Shown here: in pieces, positions 38,134-47,987 of the stretch
Position numbering within the stretch: position 1 is the first letter of the stretch
How the letters are laid out: each line of letters opens with the position of its first letter
Assembly: GCA_049965515.1 (NCBI GenBank)
Contig: JBMFWG010000001.1
Location: forward strand, 32,042 to 96,041
Reading direction: 5' to 3'
DNA length: 64,000 nt
Source: Leptospirillia bacterium
GTDB lineage: Bacteria; Nitrospirota; Leptospirillia; Leptospirillales; Leptospirillaceae
Made by a program: the position numbers and the translations under genes
Notes under the pieces: model-generated
What the model was told of the DNA's origin: nothing
Database searches by the model: none
Seen by the model: the letters and a program-made list of their open reading frames with translations, nothing else

Positions 38134-39126
38134 CTAATCACCTGCCGTCCCAGAATTGCGCCCTCCACCGGTGTTTCCTCTTAGGTTTCGAAAATCGACC
38201 CAGAGATCAAGGACACCAATAATGGAGAAAAGAAGAAAGAACAAGGGCTGGAGAGCAACAAACAATGCGGCAATTCCCCAAAACCAGCGGCCGATCTTTC
38301 TTTTCTTGACATAGTGTACCAGAATGGCCACTCCCTGTCCTGCATAAAGCGCCCCAAGAACCATCACGAGATTCGTTCCAATGATACGAACGGACAGGGT
38401 GGGAACAAGAAAGAGGGCCAACGAGGCAATCAGGACAAAAATAACCGGATCAGGAAAAAGAAAGTCTTCCGGCCCTTTTTCCGTGAGAGTCGGGGTCTCG
38501 TCTTTCCGAAGAGCCGCCGTCACCCCCCATAAGGCCATCGAGGTCATCAGTCCATAGCTTGCAAGCATGCCTGGAATGATGGAGACCACTGTCCGGTAAA
38601 TCATAGGTTCCAAAGCCAACAGACGGGTCTTTTCATCCGGCGTGAGCGTGGTCTGGGCATTCTGGATTGCGGTATTCATCACAATCAAAACAGTTTGATG
38701 AAGGGATTTAGAGAGAGCGGTCCAAAACTCTCCGCTTGTTTTTTCGTAAAGGAGAAGGGCGATTCCCCCCAGAAAGAAAATAATTTGGAAGGCCGCCGAA
38801 AAAATGATAATTAAAGGAGGAGAGCCACGCCTGATGAGGGATGCCACCACCAGTGCAGGAAGTCCGCAAAGTCCAATATAGAGAAGAACAGCCAGCCCGG
38901 GCATGGACATCTTGAGGAGGGATGCCAGGAGAAAAATGACACCGCCGGAGGTCACCATGGCCCCCGTCCCCAAAAGAATTGTCGGGTAGCTCAGTTGGGC
39001 CATGATGATCGGAACACCTGCAAACATTGCCACGAAAATACCCAAGCGGGGCAAGGCGAGCAGGGAGAGAAAGAGTGCCGATGAAAAGGAAACCGCCGAC
39101 AAAAACGGCGCGGCGGGAAAAGGCAT
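38134..39126 (-). CDS. DUF2232 (YybS-like) polytopic membrane protein
   Basis: About 330 aa with multiple TM helices. It lies downstream of rpsF-ssb-rpsR, as yybS does in Firmicutes. The ATG at 39126 avoids overlap with rpsR. Confidence 0.6.
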   Translation of the reverse strand: MPFPAAPFLSAVSFSSALFLSLLALPRLGIFVAMFAGVPIIMAQLSYPTILLGTGAMVTSGGVIFLLASLLKMSMPGLAVLLYIGLCGLPALVVASLIRRGSPPLIIIFSAAFQIIFFLGGIALLLYEKTSGEFWTALSKSLHQTVLIVMNTAIQNAQTTLTPDEKTRLLALEPMIYRTVVSIIPGMLASYGLMTSMALWGVTAALRKDETPTLTEKGPEDFLFPDPVIFVLIASLALFLVPTLSVRIIGTNLVMVLGALYAGQGVAILVHYVKKRKIGRWFWGIAALFVALQPLFFLLFSIIGVLDLWVDFRNLRGNTGGGRNSGTAGD

Positions 39127-39133
39127 CGTCAGA

Positions 39134-39364
39134 TCAGCTTTCCTCGGCAAATGCGAGGAATGCCACATTCCTAGACTGCTTGATGGCCTTGGAAACCGCG
39201 CGCTGATGATGTGAGCATGTCCCGGTGAGACGACGAGGAAGAATCTTGCCTCTCTCCGTCAAATAGGAGTGAAGGGTTGCCTGATCCTTGTAGTCGATTG
39301 CCAGGGATTCTGTGCAAAAACGACAAACTTTCTTTCTCTGAAACGAACGGGCCTGACCTGCCAT
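39134..39364 (-). CDS. rpsR: 30S ribosomal protein S18
   Basis: 76 aa with [34 protein letters not shown]. Confidence 0.95.
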   Translation of the reverse strand: MAGQARSFQRKKVCRFCTESLAIDYKDQATLHSYLTERGKILPRRLTGTCSHHQRAVSKAIKQSRNVAFLAFAEES

Positions 39365-39434
39365 GAAAGATGATCCTTTCTTTTCTGTCCGGACTCACCG
39401 GACGTTTTTCAAGTGCGAGAGCACTCTCGTGAAG

Positions 39435-39860
39435 TTAGAACGGAATATCTGATTCCTGCCCCTGAAAACCGACGCCCGGATCCGGATAGGATTCCTGGCG
39501 GCTACCTGACTCCAGTGATCCCCCCCCAGAGCGTTTCGGCGGCCCAACAAAGGTTAGCGTCGACACAATCACTTCTACCTTGGAACGCTTTTGCCCTTCC
39601 TGTTCCCATCGGTTCTGTTGAAGACGGCCTTCAACAAGGATTGGCATTCCTTTCACAAGGTAATCCCGGACAAAATCAGCTTGCTTGCCAAAAGTCACGC
39701 AATCGATATAGCTGACATCGTCCTTATCGTCCCCGGCCTTGCCCCGATTATTATTGATAGCCAGACTAAAGGAGCCCACAGGCATCCCACCTCCGGTCAC
39801 CCGAATTTCAGGATCCCGAGTCAGGTTTCCCATCAATATCACCTTGTTGAAACTGCTCAA
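39435..39860 (-). CDS. ssb: single-stranded DNA-binding protein
   Basis: 141 aa with FNKVILMGNLTRDPE, an OB fold, and an acidic C-terminal tip ending DIPF. Confidence 0.95.
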   Translation of the reverse strand: MSSFNKVILMGNLTRDPEIRVTGGGMPVGSFSLAINNNRGKAGDDKDDVSYIDCVTFGKQADFVRDYLVKGMPILVEGRLQQNRWEQEGQKRSKVEVIVSTLTFVGPPKRSGGGSLESGSRQESYPDPGVGFQGQESDIPF

Positions 39861-40246
39861 ATGGCTTCTCCTTCAACGTCATGTGCGGCCATCTCCTCTC
39901 CCGCACTTGACGATCCTGAGGTCGACTCAAACGAAGACTCCACCGCAGGAACGACAAGGGTCTTGCGGCGAAGATTCATGCTCTTGATAACGCGCTCGTC
40001 GAGACGGGCAACACGTTCGAGTTCAATCTGATCAGCCGGGTTCTTGAATTCTGCATAGAGTATAACATAATCAGCCTTCTTCTCTTTGCGAAGTTCGTAG
40101 GCCAACCGCTTCTTCCCCAGGCGCTGCGTGGCATGAAGACGGCCGCCTTTGTCCTCAACAATCTTCTCGTAACGGGATATGGTTGCCTGAGTTTCTTCCT
40201 CGGACAAGGTCGGCTTCAAAAGAAGCACACATTCGTAGAAGTACAT
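39857..40246 (-). CDS. rpsF: 30S ribosomal protein S6
   Basis: 129 aa with MYFYECVLLLKPTLSEEE and GKKRLAYEL, plus an acidic tail. Confidence 0.95.
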   Translation of the reverse strand: MYFYECVLLLKPTLSEEETQATISRYEKIVEDKGGRLHATQRLGKKRLAYELRKEKKADYVILYAEFKNPADQIELERVARLDERVIKSMNLRRKTLVVPAVESSFESTSGSSSAGEEMAAHDVEGEAI

Positions 40247-40266
40247 GGGTGAAACCTCCCTATTTT

Positions 40267-41361
40267 CTAAACGTTAAAGCGGAAATAAACGACATCTCCG
40301 TCCTGAATGATATACTCCTTGCCTTCGAGGCGAAGAAGTCCCTTCTCCTTGACAATCTTTTCCGAACCGAGCCGATCGAGATCCTCGTAACGCATTACCT
40401 CCGCCCTGATAAATCCCCGTTCAATGTCCGAATGGATCTCAGCGGCCGCCTTCGGGGCTGTCGTTCCTTGGGGAACCGGCCACGCCCTTACTTCAACTTC
40501 TCCTGCCGTCAGAAATGTTACCAGACCAAGAGAGCGATATCCTTCAGTCACAAGACGATCCAATCCCGAGCGGTCAAGCCCAAGCTCCTGAAGAAAGGTG
40601 GCACGCTCCTCTTCCGGAAGCTCCGCGATCTCTGCTTCCCACTTGGCACATATGGGAATCAGCACACCACCCCTTCCTGCTATCGCCTTCTCAAGGATTC
40701 GTACCCTCTCGGAGGGTGAGCGAAGCTCTGTCTCCGCCACGTTCGCAACATAGAGGGCCGGTTTGTCCGTCAGCAGGCCCAGGCCCTTACGAAAGGAGTT
40801 GGCCTGGGGATCCGTAGACACGGCTCTCGCGGGCTTCCCCTCCTCAAGGGCTGACAGGATCGACACAAAGGCCGGACGTTGAATTTCTGCTTCCTTGGTG
40901 GCCGTTTTCCACTGCTTCTCAAGCTTCTGCACACGACCTGAAAGAGAGGAAAGATCTGCCAGAAGGAGTTCTGTCTCAATGACCTCGAGGTCAGAAACCG
41001 GATTCACCTCTCCGTGGACATGGGTGATCTCACCGTCCTCAAATCCCCGAAGGACATGGACAACCAGGTCCACCGAACGAATATGGCCGAGAAACTGATT
41101 TCCTAGCCCCTCTCCCTGACTTGCCCCCTTAACCAGGCCCGCAATGTCCACGAACTCGACGGTTGCAGGAACAGTCTTTCGTGTGGAATACATCGCCGAA
41201 AGACGAGCAAGACGGGAATCAGGAACAGGGACGATCCCTGAGTGCGGGTCGATGGTGCAAAAGGGGTAATTCGCCACAGGAACGGCCGAGGCCGTCAGGG
41301 CATTGAAAAGGGTCGACTTCCCAACATTTGGAAGTCCGACAATACCGCAAGACAAACCCAC
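40267..41361 (-). CDS. ychF: redox-regulated ATPase YchF
   Basis: 364 aa with GIVGLPNVGKSTLFNALT and a C-terminal TGS/YchF domain (RAWPVPQGTTAPKAAAEIHSD). Confidence 0.95.
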   Translation of the reverse strand: MGLSCGIVGLPNVGKSTLFNALTASAVPVANYPFCTIDPHSGIVPVPDSRLARLSAMYSTRKTVPATVEFVDIAGLVKGASQGEGLGNQFLGHIRSVDLVVHVLRGFEDGEITHVHGEVNPVSDLEVIETELLLADLSSLSGRVQKLEKQWKTATKEAEIQRPAFVSILSALEEGKPARAVSTDPQANSFRKGLGLLTDKPALYVANVAETELRSPSERVRILEKAIAGRGGVLIPICAKWEAEIAELPEEERATFLQELGLDRSGLDRLVTEGYRSLGLVTFLTAGEVEVRAWPVPQGTTAPKAAAEIHSDIERGFIRAEVMRYEDLDRLGSEKIVKEKGLLRLEGKEYIIQDGDVVYFRFNV

Positions 41362-41365
41362 AAAC

Positions 41366-41923
41366 TCACCCCTTGGACTTTTTTAACGAATGTGTCTCAA
41401 TCCAGCGCTCGACCAGCTCTCCTCCCTTCTGGAGAAGCTCGGGGATGCGAAGCCTCTCTTCCCGGGTAAAAGAAGAAAGAACGTACTGGCTGATATCGGC
41501 TCCGACCTGGAGCGGCCGACCAATCCCAAATTTAACCCGGGCTATCGCCTCGGATCCGGCCGCCTGGAGGATAGAGCGGATCCCTCTTTGGCCACCACTC
41601 CCTCCTTTCTCTCGAAAACGAACCATGCCGAAAGGAGTATCGAGATCATCCGACAAAATGAGCCAGTCCGACGGCGACTCCACTCCACGAAGCCGGAGCC
41701 ATGGAACGACGCGCCCACTCAGGTTCATAAACGTTTCCGGAAAGACGAGATAAATCCTCTCCCCTCGCCAGCTTCCCTCTCCAAAACGGATCTCTCCCTG
41801 TTTTTTCTCAAGAGGGATCCCCGAGAGAGTCGACACATGATCAAGAAGGATCTTCCCCGCATTGTGACGGGTTCCCTCATAGTCGTTTCCTGGGTTTCCC
41901 AGGCCTATCACAGCCAGGGACAT
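41366..41923 (-). CDS. pth: peptidyl-tRNA hydrolase
   Basis: 185 aa with VIGLGNPGNDYEGTRHNAG and GGSGGQRGIRSI. Confidence 0.95.
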   Translation of the reverse strand: MSLAVIGLGNPGNDYEGTRHNAGKILLDHVSTLSGIPLEKKQGEIRFGEGSWRGERIYLVFPETFMNLSGRVVPWLRLRGVESPSDWLILSDDLDTPFGMVRFREKGGSGGQRGIRSILQAAGSEAIARVKFGIGRPLQVGADISQYVLSSFTREERLRIPELLQKGGELVERWIETHSLKKSKG

Positions 41924-41950
41924 CCGGCATCTCTCCTGTAAGGGGGGCGG

Positions 41951-42526
41951 TTACGCCTCAGCCTTCGGAGGAATGACGTGGAGTATGACAGTATTCGGAT
42001 CATCCAGAACAGTCACCCCAGGGGGAAGTGTGATCTCACGGAGATGGAGCGTTTGGTTGATGTCCAGAGCTGACGCATCGACCTGGATGTGATCGGGCAT
42101 CTGGAAAGAGAGACATTCCACAAGGAGCTCCCGATGGACAATATCAAGAATCCCGCCCTTCTTGACGCCCTCGGGGGAGGCCCCGACAACTTCTACGGGA
42201 ACACGATTCTTGATTCGGGCCTTCTCCGAAACCTCAAGAAAGTCAACATGGAGAATCTTCCCGGTAATAGGATCTCTCTGCACGTCGCGAACCAGGGTCA
42301 ACGCTGTCCGGGAGCTTTTTCCAGCGGAGATTTCAAGGTCGAAGAGTCCGTTTTTTCCTGCATGTCCGTGCATGGCCTTTTCCACGTCCTTCAGGAGTGC
42401 CGACAAGGACTGTGCCTTCCCTGAGCCATAAACCACCGCCGGAATATGGCCGGATCGGCGCAAGGTCCGGGCCACGCCCTTGCCCGTTGACTCTCGGACC
42501 GAAACTTTCAGCTTGCTGTGCTCCAC
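41951..42526 (-). CDS. rplY: 50S ribosomal protein L25/general stress protein Ctc
   Basis: 191 aa with RESTGKGVARTLRRSGHIPAVVYG and the Ctc-type C-terminal domain. Confidence 0.9.
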   Translation of the reverse strand: MEHSKLKVSVRESTGKGVARTLRRSGHIPAVVYGSGKAQSLSALLKDVEKAMHGHAGKNGLFDLEISAGKSSRTALTLVRDVQRDPITGKILHVDFLEVSEKARIKNRVPVEVVGASPEGVKKGGILDIVHRELLVECLSFQMPDHIQVDASALDINQTLHLREITLPPGVTVLDDPNTVILHVIPPKAEA

Positions 42527-42587
42527 AACTTCCTCCTTAGACTTTTACGGTTCGATACGATAGGGGTCACCTGACCCGTACCCGACT

Positions 42588-43529
42588 TCAGATAAAAAGA
42601 GAGCTGACTGATTCATCATCATGAATTCTCCGGATGGCCTCTCCAAGAAGCGGCGCAATGGAATGAACCCGGATTTTACGACATTGCTCGTCCTTGCCCA
42701 TCATGGGGATCGAATTTGTAACGATCACTTCATCGATGACTGAGGCACTCAGACGCTCAAGCGCCTTTCCAGAAAGAACCGGATGTGTCGCCGCAGCCAC
42801 AACCCTTTTGGCTCCCGCATCAATTGCCGCCTGAGCTCCCTGCGTGATCGTCCCAGCCGTATCGATCATGTCATCAAGAATGACCGCGGTTTTTCCCACG
42901 ACATCACCAATGATGTTCATGACCTGTGACTGGTTTGGCCCCTCTCGTCTCTTGTCGATAATCGCCAAGGGAGCCTGCAGCCTCTTCGCAAAAACACGAG
43001 ACCTCTCGACGCCCCCCGCATCGGGAGAAAGAATGACAATACTTTCCCGGCTTGCAATCGTTCGAAGTGGTTCGATCAATACCGGAGTTCCATGGAGATG
43101 ATCCACAGGAATATTAAAAAAGCCCTGCAACTGTCCCGTATGGAGATCAAGCGTAAGAATTCGCGATGCTCCGGCCGTAGTAATCAGATCAGCGACAAGC
43201 TTTGCTGTAATGGGAACTCTTGGTTGATCCTTCCTGTCCTGGCGAGCATAGGCATAATAGGGAATCACTGCCGTTATTCTCTGCGCCGATGCCCGCTTCA
43301 CAGCATCGGTCATCACAAGAAGCTCCATCAAATGGTTGTTCACAGGATGAGAGAGCGACTGTATGAGAAAAACATCGTTCCCACGGACGTTCTCATCAAT
43401 CCTGACTCGAATTTCACCATCAGAAAAAGAAGCGACAGTGGAGGTCGACAGAGAGATTCCAAGATAACGGACAATCTCTTGAGCCAGGGGAATATTCGCA
43501 TTTCCAGAAAATATCTTAATTTCTCTCAC
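42588..43529 (-). CDS. prs: ribose-phosphate pyrophosphokinase
   Basis: The GTG at 43529 follows GGGAGGA and gives 313 aa. IKIFSGNANIPLAQEI, YARQDRK, and the PRPP loop DDMIDTAGT. The longer track ORF runs through tRNA-Gln and is not real. Confidence 0.95.
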   Translation of the reverse strand: MREIKIFSGNANIPLAQEIVRYLGISLSTSTVASFSDGEIRVRIDENVRGNDVFLIQSLSHPVNNHLMELLVMTDAVKRASAQRITAVIPYYAYARQDRKDQPRVPITAKLVADLITTAGASRILTLDLHTGQLQGFFNIPVDHLHGTPVLIEPLRTIASRESIVILSPDAGGVERSRVFAKRLQAPLAIIDKRREGPNQSQVMNIIGDVVGKTAVILDDMIDTAGTITQGAQAAIDAGAKRVVAAATHPVLSGKALERLSASVIDEVIVTNSIPMMGKDEQCRKIRVHSIAPLLGEAIRRIHDDESVSSLFI

Positions 43530-43584
43530 GACTGATTCCCATCCTCCCGATCGGCGATTTTTCTCGTCCCCTCGGCAGGGATTA

Positions 43585-43659
43585 TGGTTGGGGCGCCAGG
43601 ATTCGAACCTGGGAATGCGAGATCCAAAATCTCGTGACTTGCCGCTTGTCGACGCCCCA
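43585..43659 (-). tRNA. tRNA-Gln (anticodon UUG)
   Basis: 75 nt: TGGGGCG acceptor, anticodon stem-loop CGAGA-TTTTGGA-TCTCG, GGTTCGAATCC T-arm, encoded CCA. Confidence 0.9.
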
Positions 43660-43688
43660 GTCACATTGTGAACAGCTCCCCGAATCTC

Positions 43689-44594
43689 TCAAAAGGAAAC
43701 AGGGGGAGACTCAAGAAACTTAAAAACGCCCGCCCATCCGCCGAGGTCCTCAACGATCCTTCGACTGATCTCGTGACCTTGCTCCGGAGTCAGGCATCGT
43801 GCAAAGACGGTGGGACCAGATCCCGTCATCCGCACGTTTCCCGGGCGTAAAACCTCGAGAAAATCGATCCCCTTACCAATTTGCGGGCAAAGGGAAAGAG
43901 CCGGAGCCTCAAGACTATTAAAAAGTTTTCCGGACTTCAAAAGACTACCAATTTTAATAGAACGCTCTTCCTCTGTCAATTCACAGACCCCCTGCATCGG
44001 GTAGGATGAAGGATCAAGGGCCTTGTAGACTGCGGCAGTGGGAAGTATCACCCCGGGATTCCACAAGAGAACATCCCCTGACAATGGGGGAGAAAGAGGA
44101 CGCAAGATCTCGCCTCTCCCAGTCCCCAGTGCTCTGGGGCCACCAAGGAAGAAGGGCACATCAGACCCCAGCGTCCGACAAATCGCATCGAGTTCATTAA
44201 ATCCCAAAGGGTTTCCAAGGAGCCGGTTCCCTCCCCAAAGCACGATCGCCGCATTCGAGGACCCACCGCCCAGTCCTGCTCCCACGGGAATATTCTTCTC
44301 TAGGTCGACGGCAAATCCCCCCACAAGCGATCCATTCTTCTGACTGACCCGCTTCATCAGGGCGTCTAGAGCTTTCACGACAAGGTTTTGTCGAGGGTCA
44401 CCCTCAATAGGCCGCCCCGAGAGAGAGAGATGAATCCCCTCCTGGCGCGTCCGCTCAAGTTTGATGTTGTCAAAAAGACTGATCATCGCCATTTCGGTTA
44501 GAAGCTCATGAAATCCATCGGCTCGCCGCCCGAGCACCAGGAGCGAGAGATTGATCTTTGCAGGACTCCGCAAGTAGATGGTTCCCATTTTCAT
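43689..44594 (-). CDS. ispE: 4-diphosphocytidyl-2-C-methyl-D-erythritol kinase
   Basis: The ATG at 44594 overlaps the upstream stop (ATGA). PAKINLSLLVLGRRADGFHEL and the GHMP motif PVGAGLGGGSSNAA. Confidence 0.92.
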   Translation of the reverse strand: MKMGTIYLRSPAKINLSLLVLGRRADGFHELLTEMAMISLFDNIKLERTRQEGIHLSLSGRPIEGDPRQNLVVKALDALMKRVSQKNGSLVGGFAVDLEKNIPVGAGLGGGSSNAAIVLWGGNRLLGNPLGFNELDAICRTLGSDVPFFLGGPRALGTGRGEILRPLSPPLSGDVLLWNPGVILPTAAVYKALDPSSYPMQGVCELTEEERSIKIGSLLKSGKLFNSLEAPALSLCPQIGKGIDFLEVLRPGNVRMTGSGPTVFARCLTPEQGHEISRRIVEDLGGWAGVFKFLESPPVSF

Positions 44595-45985
44595 GCGGTC
44601 TTCTCCTTCTTTTTTAACAGCGACGGGAACCTCTCTCCCAACCACAGGCAGAACTCTCGGGCCGTAGATGGAACCGCAAACGTTTCCAAGCCCACGCTAT
44701 GGGCGATGTCTCCGATTGTCCCATCGTCAATCAAGGTCTCGCTTCCTTCCTTCAATGCAATGTCAGGCACAAGAAGAAGGGTCTCCGGTGGCAGGTTTGC
44801 CTTCAGGACCCTGGCAATAATATCTTTTGCCCCTAGCAGTCCCGCGACGGTTACCGACTTTCCCATGAAATGGTTTTCGACTCCAAGAACATGAACCTTT
44901 CGCGCTTCCGGCTCCTCTGCGGACACCCAGGACGCGACATACTCCTTGAGATAAGGGAGAAATCCCACTCCCGTGACGAGGGCAAGGGGCCTGGCAACGC
45001 GACCGTTCAGACGACGTATTCCCGACAACCATTGCTTGCGAAAAAGGGGAACAAGCCCCACACCATTTCCAAGCTGTGGGAGATCCCCATACCTGGAAAG
45101 AGAGGGAAAAGGAGTTTTTGCAATAACATACCATTCATCCGATGGGTAAACAAAAGGGTCTCCCCAACGATCCATTCCCTGCTTCTGAAGGGAAACGATC
45201 TCACGAATCATATGTTTGGCATAGACGGCATCAATCGAAGGTACGGGAGGAAGGCCTTCCCTATGGGAGGTCAGCCCCACAGGAACAACAGCCAGGGATG
45301 CGACTCTGGGGAAGAGTGCCGAAAGATCTTTCCATGTGCGCAAAAGGGCATCCCCATCATTGACGCCCGGCATCAGAACCACCTGAGTATGGAGGGTAAT
45401 TCCTCCGTTACACAGACGCTGAAGGAGGGGGAGGATGTCTTGCGCTCTGTCATTTTTCAGAATCTGCCGTCGCAGCGCAGGTTCTGTGGCATGGACAGAG
45501 ATATAAAGAGGCGAGAGGCGCTGCTCAAGTATCCTGAGGTAATCCTTTTCCGTCAGATTTGTCAGTGTGATGAAGTTCCCATACAAGAAGCTGTAGCGGT
45601 AATCCTCATCCCGAATATAGAGGGTCTTTCGGGCTCCTGCAGGCATCTGGTCGACGAAACAAAACGAACAATCATTGGGACAACGTCGAATCGGCGGGGG
45701 ATCCACCACAATTCCCAGGGACAAGTCAGGATCCTTCCTGATCCGTACCTGACGGATCTCTCCCGCTCTTCGATAGGAAAGGGAGATCCGGGCCTCCGCC
45801 TGAAAAAATTCGAGATCAATCAGGTCTCTCAAGGGGATGCCGTTCAGAGAGAGGAGGCTGTCTCCCGGACGAACCCCTGCCTTCCACGCAGGACTCCCCT
45901 CAAGAACTTCCCGGATTGTCAGTCCGGAACGTTCGGCCCTTCCCTCTTCAGTGACCACGTCTTCGACTGTCTCAGCCGACTCCAT
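44591..45985 (-). CDS. DUF512 radical-SAM-related protein with N-terminal PDZ domain
   Basis: 464 aa with a PDZ-like region (GVRPGDSLLSLNGIPL), a Cys cluster (CPNDCSFCFVDQ), and a DUF512-type C-terminus. Confidence 0.8.
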   Translation of the reverse strand: MESAETVEDVVTEEGRAERSGLTIREVLEGSPAWKAGVRPGDSLLSLNGIPLRDLIDLEFFQAEARISLSYRRAGEIRQVRIRKDPDLSLGIVVDPPPIRRCPNDCSFCFVDQMPAGARKTLYIRDEDYRYSFLYGNFITLTNLTEKDYLRILEQRLSPLYISVHATEPALRRQILKNDRAQDILPLLQRLCNGGITLHTQVVLMPGVNDGDALLRTWKDLSALFPRVASLAVVPVGLTSHREGLPPVPSIDAVYAKHMIREIVSLQKQGMDRWGDPFVYPSDEWYVIAKTPFPSLSRYGDLPQLGNGVGLVPLFRKQWLSGIRRLNGRVARPLALVTGVGFLPYLKEYVASWVSAEEPEARKVHVLGVENHFMGKSVTVAGLLGAKDIIARVLKANLPPETLLLVPDIALKEGSETLIDDGTIGDIAHSVGLETFAVPSTAREFCLWLGERFPSLLKKKEKTA

Positions 45986-46517
45986 GTTTTCCCTTCTGGA
46001 CCCAGGTCAGTCCCCTATGGATATAGTAGATGCCGGACACAACCGACATAATCACTGCCCCAACCTCCAACAGGTGAAGGATTCCCGGAATCATCACTCC
46101 CACAAGAGCCAACGCCGAGAGTCCCAAGTAGAACACCTGAAAACCAGTCGTCATCTTTCCCAAAAAGTGAGGACGAACCGGAATGGGAGAATCAATAAGT
46201 TTCAGCAAAATGACTCCGGAGACCAGGACTATGTCCCGAGCCACGAAAAGAATGACAACCCACCGGGGAACAATTCCATAGATCCCCAAGGTCAGAGAGG
46301 ACAAGGAAAGAAAAACCTTGTCGGCGACCGGGTCAAGGATGGTTCCCAGCTCGCTTCTCTGATTGAGAATGCGTGCCAGAAATCCATCGAGTCCATCGGT
46401 CAGTCCCCCCACAAAAAAAACCCAGAAGGCCCACGTCATATGCCGATAGGCCACCAGACCGAAAAAAACCGGAGCAAGGAGAATCCTGATGACAGAGAGA
46501 ATGTTGGGAATCGTCAC
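45972..46517 (-). CDS. pgsA: CDP-alcohol phosphatidyltransferase (likely phosphatidylglycerophosphate synthase)
   Basis: 181 aa with the motif DGLDGFLAR..G..LDPVADK and multiple TM helices. Confidence 0.85.
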   Translation of the reverse strand: MTIPNILSVIRILLAPVFFGLVAYRHMTWAFWVFFVGGLTDGLDGFLARILNQRSELGTILDPVADKVFLSLSSLTLGIYGIVPRWVVILFVARDIVLVSGVILLKLIDSPIPVRPHFLGKMTTGFQVFYLGLSALALVGVMIPGILHLLEVGAVIMSVVSGIYYIHRGLTWVQKGKHGVG

Positions 46518-46522
46518 CCGGA

Positions 46523-47857
46523 TCAGTATCCCTTTTGTGCGAGAAAGGCCACCTGGCGATCAATCCACCCCGAGGTGTATCCCGCAGCGATGGCCTGTCG
46601 ACCGACATGGGCTTCCATAATGGAATTTCCCATGGCCCCAAGGGCTGTCATCCAATCCCGATAAAGTTCCTTGGAGCGAATGCCCCGGGCGGCCAAAATG
46701 CGGGCAAGCTTTTCCGCTTTTCGCCATTGCCCCTTCTGCAACTCTCGCGTGATGACCGCGTGGGCCAGAAGGAGTGAGGGATGCGGGGCTTCCATCCAAT
46801 TTTTGCTGATCGCCTTTTTAAGCCATTGGTCGGCTTCGTCACCTCGTCCAAGTCCTACAAGTGCCGCATACTTTTCTTGGGGGAAGGAGGGATGTCCTGT
46901 TCGGGGAGGGTTCCGGTGATCATAGAGACGGATGGTGGCAAGAGCTTTTTCATATCGTCCTTCCCGCAGATCCTGATGAATGAGTCCTGTCCAAAAGACT
47001 TCATCATTAGGATAAAGGGACACACCCTGAAACAAAAGATTTCGCTCCATGCCGGAGTCTCCGGCATCACGAGCATCCCGAATCATATCGATAAGGAGTG
47101 GGGGGGATGCCTTTTTCAGGGTCAGGGCCCTCTCCCCAACCTCATGAGCCATCTTTGGTTTGCCAGCATTCATTTCAAGACGGTACAATGAAGAGTAGAA
47201 TGAGGGAGGCTGAGGCGCTCCTGACAAAAAGGCCTCCTCGCCTTTTCTCATGGCAAGGTCGGTCTTACCCCTGGCCAAAAGGGCCGCGATCTCATTGGTC
47301 GGATCGGAGGGATTCCCGTGGTTTTGATGAGGCTTCAACCGAAGCATCATGAGCTTCACCGCCTGATCAAACACGGGTTCAAGCCCCTCCGACCCGACTC
47401 TGTCAAGAGAAAAGGAAACCTGAACAGTCATCTCCGGGAAGAGTGGCGACACTGACCACCGGCTCAAAACAAGAAACCCCCTTGGGTTGGAGACGTCTTC
47501 GTCACGCTTGATACGGGCCTCTAGAAGAAATTTCTTGTTCCAGCTCTGAGCGGCCCGAGCATAGCAGGACAGGCTTCGGCACACTTCGGAAACCTGGGCT
47601 CCCTGAAACTTTAGGAGCTTCTTCTGCAGGGCCTTGCCAAAGAGAACCTGTCCTCCATTCAGCTGGGCATTATAGACATCGGCCAAATAGAGTGTCAGGG
47701 CATGGCGGTCAGACACAAGACCCTGAGGATCTTCGACAGGAACAAGGACTCCCTTTTCCCTCCGGTAGGGATGGAGATGGCCTCCTCCCGCACACCCGGA
47801 CAGGAAAAAAGAGACAATCACTCCGGCAACAAGAAGCAACAGAAAAGATCGTCCCAC
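46523..47857 (-). CDS. lipoprotein with TPR-like helical repeats, unknown function
   Basis: The in-frame GTG at 47857 gives a classic lipoprotein signal (MGRSFLLLLVAGVIVSFFLSG-C). The C-terminal half is helical-repeat-like. The track ORF extends to 48004. Confidence 0.55.
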   Translation of the reverse strand: MGRSFLLLLVAGVIVSFFLSGCAGGGHLHPYRREKGVLVPVEDPQGLVSDRHALTLYLADVYNAQLNGGQVLFGKALQKKLLKFQGAQVSEVCRSLSCYARAAQSWNKKFLLEARIKRDEDVSNPRGFLVLSRWSVSPLFPEMTVQVSFSLDRVGSEGLEPVFDQAVKLMMLRLKPHQNHGNPSDPTNEIAALLARGKTDLAMRKGEEAFLSGAPQPPSFYSSLYRLEMNAGKPKMAHEVGERALTLKKASPPLLIDMIRDARDAGDSGMERNLLFQGVSLYPNDEVFWTGLIHQDLREGRYEKALATIRLYDHRNPPRTGHPSFPQEKYAALVGLGRGDEADQWLKKAISKNWMEAPHPSLLLAHAVITRELQKGQWRKAEKLARILAARGIRSKELYRDWMTALGAMGNSIMEAHVGRQAIAAGYTSGWIDRQVAFLAQKGY

Positions 47858-47987
47858 CCGAAACGTTATACCCCGGAGAGTCTCTAGGTGTAGCCATTCT
47901 CCTTGGAAGCCCGAACAAAGCACCGAAGAGGGATCATTTTGGAGTCGAATTCCGGCTCTCCCCTTCAAAAAAGGAAGGACACTCCCC

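Noticed and set aside
43530-43664. N-terminal 45-codon extension of the prs ORF.
   Set aside because: The extension is the translation of tRNA-Gln (43585-43659). A GTG with an SD at 43529 gives a normal-length Prs.
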